A stretch of 64,000 nt of DNA. It comes from a virus. The DNA is taken from positions 4,649 through 68,648 of IMG/VR virus record IMGVR_UViG_3300046791_000258, one strand, 5' to 3'. Every line of letters begins with the position of its first letter. Position 1 is the stretch's first letter. The position numbers and the translations under genes are program-made. Below are positions 29,130-37,947 of the stretch, piece after piece. The notes below the pieces were generated by a model that was not told the origin of the DNA, did no database searches, and saw only the letters and a program-made list of their open reading frames with translations.

Positions 29130-30122
29130 ATGGCAAAGGCGACCACCGAGACCAAGACGAAAGAGCAGGAAGCGGCCGACATGGCCGACAAGCTGGCCGA
29201 CAAGCTGGCCGAGGAGAAGGCCGGCAACGTCACGACGACGAGCAACGGTGGGGTGGCGCTGAGCGAGGATCAGCTGAAGATGATGGCCGGTGATGCCGGC
29301 AAGCAGAGCTTCACGATCCGCGAGCTGATGGTGCCGGTGCTGAAGATCTGCAACACCGCCGGCGGCGTGATGAAGGCGTCGAGCCCGGAGTACATCAAGG
29401 AGGCGAAGGAGGGCCAGCTGCTCGACACGCTGACCAACCAGCTCTACGACCCGCCGGTCACCGTCGTGATCGTTCGCTTCCAGACCAACTACATCGAATC
29501 GCTGCCCAAGATGGGTCGCACGGTGAAGCTGTGGGGCCAGGATCGCACCGGCTACGATCGCGCGATCGGCGGCGACGTCGGCGTGCGGGTGACCAAGGAC
29601 GGCAACGAGATCCGCGAGGTCGGCACCTACTACGCGATGCTGCTGCGGCCTGACCTGTCGACGCTGCCCTGCCTGATGTACCTGGGCAGCACGAGCTGGA
29701 AGGAAGCGCGCCGGCTCAACGCTCTCCTGGGAGGCCTGGAGCTGATGGGCCCCGACGGTCCGTTCATCGCGCCGCCCTACGCGCGGACCTTCAAGATCCG
29801 CACCGTGCCCGACTCGAACGAGAAAAATACGTGGATGACCTGGAAGTTCGACATGGGCCCGCTGACGCTGACGGTGCCCAACGGCAAGCACTACTACAAT
29901 CGCGCCAAGGAGCTCGAAGAGGCGATCGACAAGAGCCAGACCCGGATCGTCGGCACCCAGGACGATGAGGCGTTCGCCGAAAGGCAAGCAGCCAGCTCGG
30001 GAAATAAAACCGAGGTGGGTGCTGGTCCGCCCAGGGAGGAGCCGCCGCCGCCGGCCAGCGAGGCCGACTACGGCGGCGCCCAGGGGGCGACCAAGCAGGC
30101 GACGGACAAGATTCCTTTCTAG
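29130..30122 (+). CDS. Putative ssDNA-binding/recombination protein
   Basis: Upstream of PolA; OB-like core, acidic tail ending DKIPF. Confidence 0.6.
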   Translation: MAKATTETKTKEQEAADMADKLADKLAEEKAGNVTTTSNGGVALSEDQLKMMAGDAGKQSFTIRELMVPVLKICNTAGGVMKASSPEYIKEAKEGQLLDTLTNQLYDPPVTVVIVRFQTNYIESLPKMGRTVKLWGQDRTGYDRAIGGDVGVRVTKDGNEIREVGTYYAMLLRPDLSTLPCLMYLGSTSWKEARRLNALLGGLELMGPDGPFIAPPYARTFKIRTVPDSNEKNTWMTWKFDMGPLTLTVPNGKHYYNRAKELEEAIDKSQTRIVGTQDDEAFAERQAASSGNKTEVGAGPPREEPPPPASEADYGGAQGATKQATDKIPF

Positions 30123-30228
30123 CAAGGCGCTGGCCGCGGCCTGCACTGGAAGGTACCTCATTGTACAATCCGCCCAGGCTCAAGATGAGGCGCGCGCGGC
30201 GCCGTAAGAACCCGTTGCTGAAGAGGAT

Positions 30229-32238
30229 GTGGTGATGATGCAGCCCGGGCTGTTCGACTCGTTGGCGATGGTCGATCACCCGGAGCTGCGGCTACCCAGG
30301 AAAAAACGACAGCTCACACGTCCTGACTTCACCCGGCCCGCCGACTGGCAACCGCATCAGGATCTGCCCGAGCTGCACGGGCTGGTCGCCGTTGATCTTG
30401 AGACCAAGGATGTAGGCCTTGCTGAGGGGCGCGGCACTTCCTGGTACCGGCGCGACGGGGGTTTCATCTGCGGCGCGGCTGTCGCCACCCTCGACAGCGC
30501 GTTCTACCTGCCACTGCGTCACGCCCAGGGAAACGTGGACGCGGAACGCACGATGAAGTGGCTCAAGCATCAGCTCGAAAAGCCCGACGTCGAGGCGATT
30601 TATTGCAACGGTCCCTACGACCTGGGCTGGCTGCAACGCGACGATGTCGTACCGCGGCGGCTGCCGCACGACGTGCAGATCCAGGCGGCGCTGCTCGATG
30701 AGCACAAGCTTGACTATTCGCTTGATGCGCTCGGGCTCGAATATCTCGGCGAGGGCAAGGCGGATGATCCGTTCAAGAAAGCCTGCCTGTATGGTGGTCT
30801 CCGCGATCCGATGTCCCACATGGATCTCGTACCGGCGTGGCTCGCGGAGGCTTATGCGTTGCAGGACGTGCGGCTGACCGTGCGGCTGTTTCGACACCTC
30901 GGTGCGCAGATCACCGACCAGGGCCTCGATCAGATCTACGATCTTGAGCGAGAATGTGCCCTCGGTGCCGTCGACATGAAGGCAATGGGCGTAAGGGTTG
31001 ACCTCGACCAGATCGAGCGCGTGCGCCAGGACTTCGTCAGACGACGCGACGAATACATCGCTCTCGTACACGAGATTACACAGGTTCATGTTCGCCCGCA
31101 TGACACCGACTCCATCATCAAGGCACTCAAGGTCGGCGACCCCAAGCTCGCACTGCCACGCACCGCCCAGGGTCGCGAGTCGATCCGGGCCGAGGTGCTC
31201 GACGATCTGCCGAGCTCTCCCATTGTGGTCGCGCTACAGTGGATGCGGAAATACGAAAAGGCTATCGGCACGACGCTGAGCGGTCTCCAGGAGCATCAGT
31301 ACAAGGGCCGCATCCACGCCGACTTCACGCCGCTGCGCCGGGTCGACGAGATCGGCTCGGGCGGCGCCTCGACCGGCCGCTACAGTTCTTCCAACCCAAA
31401 CCTGCAGAACATCCCGATCAGGATCCCCGAGATCGGCATCCCGATCCGCTCGTGCTTCGTGCCCGATGAGGGCTGCGACTGGGCCAAGCTCGACTACGCA
31501 TCGCAGGAGCCCAGGCTCACGATCCACTATGCCGCGCTGCTCAAGCTCAAGGGCGCCGCCGCGATGGTCAAGCGCTTCCACCTCGACCCGATGACCGACC
31601 TTCACCTGGAGACTGCGCTGCTGATGTTCGGCCACACCCGCGCGACCTGGGAGGCGCTCGACAAGGCGCAGCGCAAGGTGCTGAGGCAGCGCGCCAAGGT
31701 GATCAACCTCGCGCTGGCGTATGGCGCGGGTGGCGCCAACATCGCCGGCCAGCTCGGGCTGGCGACCGAGCATCGCAGCTTCGAGAAGAACGGCCAGACG
31801 ATCAGCTATGTCGGTGCCGGGCCCGAGGCCCAGGCGTTGCTCGACAGGCACGCGAGGGCGGTGCCGTTCATGAAGAGCCTACAGAAGATCGCCAAGGATC
31901 GTGCCGAGGAGCAGGGCTATGTCACGACCATCGGTGGGCGTCGCTCGCGTTTCAAATCGTTCGGCCGCGGCGAGTATTCCCGCACCCACAAGGCGCTGAA
32001 CAGCGTGATCCAGGGGTCGGCCGCCGACCAGATGAAGCAGGCGCTGGTGCTGCTGCGCCGCGAGGGGATCGTGGTGCCGCTGATCGTTCATGACGAGGGT
32101 GACCTCTCTGTTCCGCGGGGCGCCGCTGCCTACATCGCCAGGGTCAAGGCGGTGATGGAGGCAGCGGTCCCGCTGCTCCTCCCGGTGGTCGCCGAGGTCA
32201 AGCTCGGCGCTCACTGGGGGGAGGTCTCGGCCGACTAG
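30229..32238 (+). CDS. polA: DNA polymerase family A with 3'-5' exonuclease (Leu762 type)
   Basis: Exo DLET, N..YD, YA.QD; TGRYSSSNPNLQNIP; motif A DYASQEPR; motif B RQRAKVINLALAYG; motif C VHDE. Confidence 0.95.
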   Translation: MVMMQPGLFDSLAMVDHPELRLPRKKRQLTRPDFTRPADWQPHQDLPELHGLVAVDLETKDVGLAEGRGTSWYRRDGGFICGAAVATLDSAFYLPLRHAQGNVDAERTMKWLKHQLEKPDVEAIYCNGPYDLGWLQRDDVVPRRLPHDVQIQAALLDEHKLDYSLDALGLEYLGEGKADDPFKKACLYGGLRDPMSHMDLVPAWLAEAYALQDVRLTVRLFRHLGAQITDQGLDQIYDLERECALGAVDMKAMGVRVDLDQIERVRQDFVRRRDEYIALVHEITQVHVRPHDTDSIIKALKVGDPKLALPRTAQGRESIRAEVLDDLPSSPIVVALQWMRKYEKAIGTTLSGLQEHQYKGRIHADFTPLRRVDEIGSGGASTGRYSSSNPNLQNIPIRIPEIGIPIRSCFVPDEGCDWAKLDYASQEPRLTIHYAALLKLKGAAAMVKRFHLDPMTDLHLETALLMFGHTRATWEALDKAQRKVLRQRAKVINLALAYGAGGANIAGQLGLATEHRSFEKNGQTISYVGAGPEAQALLDRHARAVPFMKSLQKIAKDRAEEQGYVTTIGGRRSRFKSFGRGEYSRTHKALNSVIQGSAADQMKQALVLLRREGIVVPLIVHDEGDLSVPRGAAAYIARVKAVMEAAVPLLLPVVAEVKLGAHWGEVSAD

Positions 32239-32855
32239 CTTTCGACCACCTGGGCGCCGGCATCGACCAGCCGCTTCAGGGTGACGCCGCGGCCGGCCAT
32301 CATGGTGGCGATCCTTTTATTGGCACCCTGGCCCCCAGGCGCCCGGGTGCGCAGGCCGCGGGCCTTCACGTTGCCGCCGCGGTTGCTCTCGCCAACCCGG
32401 TGACGAGCCGGCTGGAGATGCACGACGATCTTGCCGCCGGCCTCGTCGATCCGCTTGATCAGCTCGCGCTCGTTGCGCTTGTCGAACAGCGGCGCGATGT
32501 CGTCCCGGTGCTCGTACTTGACGCACTCGATCGGGATGCCGTTCTTGTCGACCCGGCTGACCACGTAGGCGGTCTTGTAGAGCCAGTCGACGAAGCCCGC
32601 GTAGGGATGCGGGAAGACGTTCTTCTGCCGCTTGACGCTCTGGGCCATCGCGCAGCACGTGGTGTTGCCGCAGCCGCCGACGTCCAGGGACTTCATCACG
32701 TCGGCCTTGGTCAGCGCGATGTCGACCGGCAGCCGGGCCGGCTTCACCTTCGTCCAATACTTCAGCACCTTGGGCGGCTCGCCGTCGTGCATGTCCATCT
32801 CGCTCTCGAAGCAGTGCCTCGGGTGAGCCCGCTTCATCGCCTTCTTCTTGGCCAT
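32235..32855 (-). CDS. Hypothetical protein (CGNTTCC motif)
   Basis: GAGG SD before ATG at 32855; own candidate CTTGAC promoter at about 32920. Confidence 0.65.
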   Translation of the reverse strand: MAKKKAMKRAHPRHCFESEMDMHDGEPPKVLKYWTKVKPARLPVDIALTKADVMKSLDVGGCGNTTCCAMAQSVKRQKNVFPHPYAGFVDWLYKTAYVVSRVDKNGIPIECVKYEHRDDIAPLFDKRNERELIKRIDEAGGKIVVHLQPARHRVGESNRGGNVKARGLRTRAPGGQGANKRIATMMAGRGVTLKRLVDAGAQVVES

Positions 32856-32959
32856 TTGAACCTCATGTGAAATTATCCCTTCGTGGGACAGGGGCAACGT
32901 GGTCCCGGGACAGGGGATAAGTCAAGCGGTCCCCCCAAAATAAATCCAGACCGCCTCGA

Positions 32960-32995
32960 AATAGTCCTTGAACACCGTGTTCAGGTACCCTATTT
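32960..32995 (+). promoter_or_regulatory. Repeated early promoter/operator, copy 2
   Basis: CTTGAA-caccgtgttcaggtacc-CTATTT. Confidence 0.8.
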
Positions 32996-33032
32996 GAGAG
33001 GGGCCAAACGACAAACCCTACGGAGCTTCCCA

Positions 33033-33944
33033 ATGTCCATCGACTTCAACAGCGGCGACGACCTCAGCGACCTGATCGGTGGCGCCGCCCCCACGACCCC
33101 CCGCGCGCTGCCCCAGGACGAGACCTTCGTCCGCATCCGCGCGACCGTCCCCGAGATCGTCGAGAGCTGCCCCAAGTGCCGCGGCACCGGCCGCTTCGTC
33201 AGCTACTCTGGCCGCCTGCTCGGCCCGTGCTTCGCCTGCAAGGGCGTCGGTTCGAAGAGCTTCAAGAACTCAGCGCCGGTGCGCGCTGCCAACCGGGAGA
33301 AGGCCGCCAACCGCAAGGTCGTCCAGGGCGACACCAACATGACCCACTACGCCGAGAAGGGTCAGGTCGAGGCTGCTCGCGTCGCCTGGATCCTGGCCAA
33401 GGGCGACACCTTCGGCTTCGCTGCCGCGATGCACGAGGCGGTCCGCAAGTACAGCAACCTGACTGCCGGCCAAGAGGCGGCGATCGACCGCTGCATGGCG
33501 AGCGACGCCGAGCGGGCCTCCAGGAAGGCCACAGCGGCCCAGCAGACGGTGTCGGCCAGCCCGGCAGTGTCCTACCCCCAGATCCGCGCCTTCCTCCAGG
33601 CGGCCAAGGGCAAGGGCCTGAAGGCCCCCGGCTTCGGCGCCGGCCGGATCGCCCTGTCGATGGCCAAGGACGGCAGCCGCAACCCCGGCGCAGTCTATGT
33701 GAAGTGGGACGGCAACTACGCCGGCAAGATCGACCTCGCCGGCGTCTATCGCCCGGTCGGCGACTTCGGTGGCAACGCCGAGCTGGCCGCCGCCCTGGCC
33801 CTGATCGAAGCCGATCCCAAGGCCTGGACCAAGACGGTCGGCATCGAGACCGGCAGCTGCGCCTGCTGCGGCCTCACCCTCACCGACCCGACGAGCATCG
33901 CTCGCGGCATCGGCCCGATCTGCTGGGACAAGTGGGGCTTCTAG
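33033..33944 (+). CDS. Zinc-finger protein with a C-terminal DUF6011-like domain
   Basis: CPKCRGTG...CFACKG; CACCGLTLTDPTSIARGIGPICW. Confidence 0.75.
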   Translation: MSIDFNSGDDLSDLIGGAAPTTPRALPQDETFVRIRATVPEIVESCPKCRGTGRFVSYSGRLLGPCFACKGVGSKSFKNSAPVRAANREKAANRKVVQGDTNMTHYAEKGQVEAARVAWILAKGDTFGFAAAMHEAVRKYSNLTAGQEAAIDRCMASDAERASRKATAAQQTVSASPAVSYPQIRAFLQAAKGKGLKAPGFGAGRIALSMAKDGSRNPGAVYVKWDGNYAGKIDLAGVYRPVGDFGGNAELAAALALIEADPKAWTKTVGIETGSCACCGLTLTDPTSIARGIGPICWDKWGF

Positions 33945-33982
33945 CCCCACCCCTTCCTCTCACCTTTGAACGGAGACTTCCC

Positions 33983-34306
33983 ATGTCAAGCTACACCCGC
34001 ATCAAGCATCTGCACTGCCGCCCCGAGCCCGGCGCTCCCGAGTACATCGTCGAGCGGCACGACGATCCCGACAAGCGCTGGCACTTCAAGTTCAGCGTGG
34101 TCGGCAAGGGCCGCTTCCCGTTCGACATGCTGCGCCACGATCGCTGCTATCCGCGCGACAGTGTCGCCGCAAGCTGGCTCGATGACGGCGAGCGCGGCGT
34201 GCGCGAGATCGAGCTGGTCTCCGAGCAGCTGCAGCGCGGCTGGCTGCCAACCTTCGAACGCTGGCGCAGCTTCGGCTGGGTCGTCGTCACCGATGCGGAG
34301 GGCTGA
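33983..34306 (+). CDS. Early hypothetical protein
   Basis: Start-associated motif; F.V.G.GRFPFDMLRHDRCYP...PT.ERWRSFGW. Confidence 0.7.
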   Translation: MSSYTRIKHLHCRPEPGAPEYIVERHDDPDKRWHFKFSVVGKGRFPFDMLRHDRCYPRDSVAASWLDDGERGVREIELVSEQLQRGWLPTFERWRSFGWVVVTDAEG

Positions 34307-34309
34307 GCC

Positions 34310-34681
34310 ATGCCGATCACCGTCGAGCCGATCACCGCCCAGGAGCGGGTGCATTGCGCCTACTGCAACAAGCCGCTGCAGCCCAACACCAGCTGCCGCA
34401 AGACGTTCTATCGCGGCACCATGGACGCCCAGGGCCGCACGCCCGAGGAGCAGCTCGCCGCCTACTCGACCAACCGCCGCGTCGTGCGCATCGCGCGATC
34501 GTATGGCTCGAAGTTGGATACGCCGGATGTCCGCGAGGTCTGGCGCATCGAGGTCGTGCACTTCCCCGAGCCTGACGACTGGGGCTTCTGGGGCACGTTC
34601 TGCGGCCAGCTCTGCGCGTCGCGCTTCGGCTACGCCTCGCATCGCGCCGGCTATCGAATGAAGAGGAAAGCAGCAGCATGA
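34310..34681 (+). CDS. Zn-finger-like hypothetical protein
   Basis: CAYC...FCGQLC. Confidence 0.6.
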   Translation: MPITVEPITAQERVHCAYCNKPLQPNTSCRKTFYRGTMDAQGRTPEEQLAAYSTNRRVVRIARSYGSKLDTPDVREVWRIEVVHFPEPDDWGFWGTFCGQLCASRFGYASHRAGYRMKRKAAA

Positions 34682-34977
34682 GCAACGAGATCGCCCCCGA
34701 CGGCCGCAATGCGCGGCGTGACATCTCCAGGCGCAAGCTGCTGCTGGCCGGCCTGCGCATGGTCGAGAAGGGCGACTTCCGCTTCTCGCTGCAGGACGTT
34801 GCCGATCGTGCCGACATGCACCGCCGATCGATCCACGACATCTTCGGCAACTTCGACAACTACCTGGAGGAGCTCCTGGCCGAGCACGAGGCGTCGATCC
34901 AGGCGGCGGTCCACGAGACCGCACGCAAGAAGGAGATCAGCCTCGCCCGCCTCGTGCTGATCGGGAGGCCGCGCTGA
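34678..34977 (+). CDS. TetR-like helix-turn-helix regulator (short)
   Basis: RRKLLLAGLRMVEKG...SLQDVADRADMHRRSIHDIFGN matches the TetR N-terminal HTH. Confidence 0.7.
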   Translation: MSNEIAPDGRNARRDISRRKLLLAGLRMVEKGDFRFSLQDVADRADMHRRSIHDIFGNFDNYLEELLAEHEASIQAAVHETARKKEISLARLVLIGRPR

Positions 34978-35423
34978 TGGCGGCCCGTCGTCCCAGGCGC
35001 CAGAGCACACACGGTGCGCCGCCGGTCGAGGTCAACGAGCGCGCGCTCGCCCATCTCTATCGCGAGGTGCTGCTGCGCTACCAATACCTCACGGCCATCG
35101 AGGCAGTGACGCTGATGGCGGTCCGGCTGTTCGTGAAGCGGGTCGGCTTCGACCGCATGCTCAACGTGCTGGTGACCTACGGCACCGCGGTGGTGGCCGA
35201 GCGCTGCCGCCACGAGCTGACGCTGCGCCAGGAGTTCATGGCGCACATGCTGGCCAAGTACCCGCCCGAGAACCCGGTCGAGGGCCAGGAGGCCATCGAG
35301 GAGATGGCCGAGGATCTCGCGGTGATCGACTGCCCAGAGGGCGCGATGCGCCTGCTACGGTTCCTCGACCGGGTGCGCAACCGCGAGATCCTGATGCGCG
35401 CCAAAGCCGGAACGGTGCACTGA
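34977..35423 (+). CDS. Hypothetical protein
   Basis: Coupled ORF. Confidence 0.55.
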   Translation: MAARRPRRQSTHGAPPVEVNERALAHLYREVLLRYQYLTAIEAVTLMAVRLFVKRVGFDRMLNVLVTYGTAVVAERCRHELTLRQEFMAHMLAKYPPENPVEGQEAIEEMAEDLAVIDCPEGAMRLLRFLDRVRNREILMRAKAGTVH

Positions 35424-35842
35424 TGAAGTCGTACAACGAGATGAACCTCGACGAGCGCATGGAGTTCCTGCACGCCGGTTTCCGGCTGCTGGAGGCGACT
35501 GGCCGCATGCAGAAGTCCGACACGATCTTCAAGCCGGCCCTGGTCGGGCTGTGGGCGATGAGCTACGGCCGCGAGGTCCACAATGTGTGGGTGCAGTACG
35601 ACATCGATGCCGAGGCCTGCATCAACGAGACGATCCGCGCCGGCGTGGCGTTCTTCACCAACCTGATCGAGATGTCGGATGACAAGCCGCCACCGCCGGT
35701 GATCACGCCGACGATGCTGCAGGACATGCGCGGCCGCGCCAGGGCGACGATCAAGATCCTGAACGACCCCAAGTACCGCAAGGTCGTCGCCGACGTGCTC
35801 AAAGAGTTCTTCGACGATCAACGCAAGCAAGGTGCGCTATGA
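35423..35842 (+). CDS. Hypothetical protein
   Basis: Coupled ORF. Confidence 0.55.
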   Translation: MKSYNEMNLDERMEFLHAGFRLLEATGRMQKSDTIFKPALVGLWAMSYGREVHNVWVQYDIDAEACINETIRAGVAFFTNLIEMSDDKPPPPVITPTMLQDMRGRARATIKILNDPKYRKVVADVLKEFFDDQRKQGAL

Positions 35843-37629
35843 GCCTGTCGGTCAATGTCGGTCCCGCCTGGACCCAGCTGCGCGACGGCGATGCCGTGCA
35901 GATCAACGACCTGATCCGCAACGCGCCCGAGCCGCCGTTCGCGGTGACCGATGGGCGCCGGCCGGTCGACTACTGCAGGAGCTGCAGCGCCAACCTGTTG
36001 TACCTGGAGCAGCAGCTGCCCGACGCAACGTGGCGCGATCCCCATAACAGATTGTTCGAGGCCAAGGCCTATCGCTTCCTGTCGAAGATCCGCGACAGCG
36101 CGCCTGGAGAGTACGAGCTCAACTGGCCGTTCAAGCTGAAGCCCGACGACTTCCAGCTCCAGGTCTTCACGCATGCCCGCATGCTGCGCGAGATTGCGCT
36201 GGCGCCGGCCGCGCTGGGCACCGGCAAAACCAAGATGGCGCTCGACATCGCGGCCGACAAGTTCATGCGCGGCGAGATCCAGGGTGTGATCGTGATCGCC
36301 CCCAACGGGGTACACCGCCAGTGGATCCAGGAGGCGATCCCCCAGCACATGACCGACAGCGTGCCCGTCATCACGCACATCTGGAAGCCGACCAAGAAGG
36401 TCGCCAAGGCGTTCCCGCTCAACCCCAATGAGAGTCTAAAACGACTCAGGGTGATGACCTTCAACGTCGAGGCGTTCAGCGCCAGCGCGGGCAAGGCGAT
36501 GAAGGCGGCGCGTGCGCTGATGCAGACCGGCCGCTGGCTCCTGGTGATGGACGAGTCGACGCGCATCAAGAACGGCCGCGCGATGCGCACCCGGGTGATC
36601 GTGAAGTACCTGGGGCCTCTCGCGGCCTGCCGGATGATCCTGACCGGCACGCCGGTGACCAAGGGCCTGGAGGATTTCTACTCGCAGTACGACTTCCTCA
36701 ACCCGGGTATCATCGGCCTCTCCTCCTGGACGGCGTTCCGCAATCGCTACTGCGTCACCATCCCGGCCTATCGCGGTGCCGCGCTCGGGGCGGTGCGGGT
36801 GATCGGCTACAAGAACCAGGAGGAGCTGTTCCGCAAGATGGCGCCGGTCACCTTCATGATCGGCGCCGAGGTGCTCGGCCTCGGCGAGCCGATCCGGCTG
36901 CGTCGCGAGGTCTCGATGACGGCCGAGCAGGAGAGCATCTACAACGCGCTGGCCGAGCGGCTCTATGCCGACCTGATCGCGCAGCGCATCTCGACGCCGC
37001 AGAACACCCTGGTCGAGCTGCTGCGCCTGCAGCAGGTGCTGTGCGGCTGGGTCTACGAGACGGCGGTCGACGAGGAGGGCCTGGAGAAGGCGGTCGGCCG
37101 GCGGATCGAGAGCCGCCGTCTCAACGTGCTGCGTCAAGTGCTCGACGACACCGACGAGCAGGTGCTCACCTGGGCGCGCTTCACCAACGACATCGACGAC
37201 ATCTGCGGCATGCTGGAGATCCAGGACGCCGCGGCGATCAAGGAGGGCTCGCCCAGGCGGTGGCGCCACGCGCGCTACGATGGCGTGGTCAAGGCGGCGG
37301 TGCGCGACGAGGGCAAGGGCCAGTTCAGGGACGGCGAGATCGAGTACATGGTCGGCAACCCGGCGGCCGGCGGTACCGGTGTCGACGGGCTCCAGGAGAA
37401 TTGCAGCCTCGCGGTCTACTACTCCAACTCCTTCAACCGCGAGCATCGCTGGCAGAGCGAGGGCCGGCTCTACCGGCGCGGCCAGAAGGCTGTCGGGAGG
37501 GTGCGCTTCCTCGATCTGGTGGTGCCCGACACGGTCGACGAGCTGTTCCTCCAGGCCTACGAATCGACCGAGGAGCTGGCTAAGATGGTGATGACTTCAC
37601 CTGACATGTTGCGAGGAGGCCGTCGATGA
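35839..37629 (+). CDS. SNF2-family (SF2) helicase
   Basis: GTGKT, MDESTRIKN, LTGTPV, LRLQQV, G.GVDGLQ, QSEGRLYRRGQ. Confidence 0.9.
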   Translation: MSLSVNVGPAWTQLRDGDAVQINDLIRNAPEPPFAVTDGRRPVDYCRSCSANLLYLEQQLPDATWRDPHNRLFEAKAYRFLSKIRDSAPGEYELNWPFKLKPDDFQLQVFTHARMLREIALAPAALGTGKTKMALDIAADKFMRGEIQGVIVIAPNGVHRQWIQEAIPQHMTDSVPVITHIWKPTKKVAKAFPLNPNESLKRLRVMTFNVEAFSASAGKAMKAARALMQTGRWLLVMDESTRIKNGRAMRTRVIVKYLGPLAACRMILTGTPVTKGLEDFYSQYDFLNPGIIGLSSWTAFRNRYCVTIPAYRGAALGAVRVIGYKNQEELFRKMAPVTFMIGAEVLGLGEPIRLRREVSMTAEQESIYNALAERLYADLIAQRISTPQNTLVELLRLQQVLCGWVYETAVDEEGLEKAVGRRIESRRLNVLRQVLDDTDEQVLTWARFTNDIDDICGMLEIQDAAAIKEGSPRRWRHARYDGVVKAAVRDEGKGQFRDGEIEYMVGNPAAGGTGVDGLQENCSLAVYYSNSFNREHRWQSEGRLYRRGQKAVGRVRFLDLVVPDTVDELFLQAYESTEELAKMVMTSPDMLRGGRR

Positions 37630-37889
37630 GCCAGTCGAGCCTGGACCACTTCGTCACTCAGATGCGGGCCGCCCAGGATCGCGGCCTGCCGCTCACCGCC
37701 AACGACGTCCTGGAGGGCCTGCAGTTCGCCTTGGTCGAGCGCCGGGGCGGCACGGCGATCCGCTACGCCGAGGGCATCGACCACGTCGAGAACATCATCA
37801 GGAGCCGCCTGGAGGCCCACCGCACGCCACGCCAGCAGGCCGAGGCCGGGCAGCAAACTATTTTGCCGTTCGCCCAAAAAAGTCCTTGA
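37626..37889 (+). CDS. Hypothetical protein
   Basis: GGAGG SD, coupled. Confidence 0.55.
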   Translation: MSQSSLDHFVTQMRAAQDRGLPLTANDVLEGLQFALVERRGGTAIRYAEGIDHVENIIRSRLEAHRTPRQQAEAGQQTILPFAQKSP

Positions 37890-37913
37890 ACCCCCGGTTC
37901 AGGTACCCTAAGT
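37880..37913 (+). promoter_or_regulatory. Repeated early promoter/operator, copy 3
   Basis: CTTGAA-cccccggttcaggtacc-CTAAGT. Confidence 0.8.
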
Positions 37914-37947
37914 CAGGGGGGCGAAACGACAACCAACGGAGCTTCCC

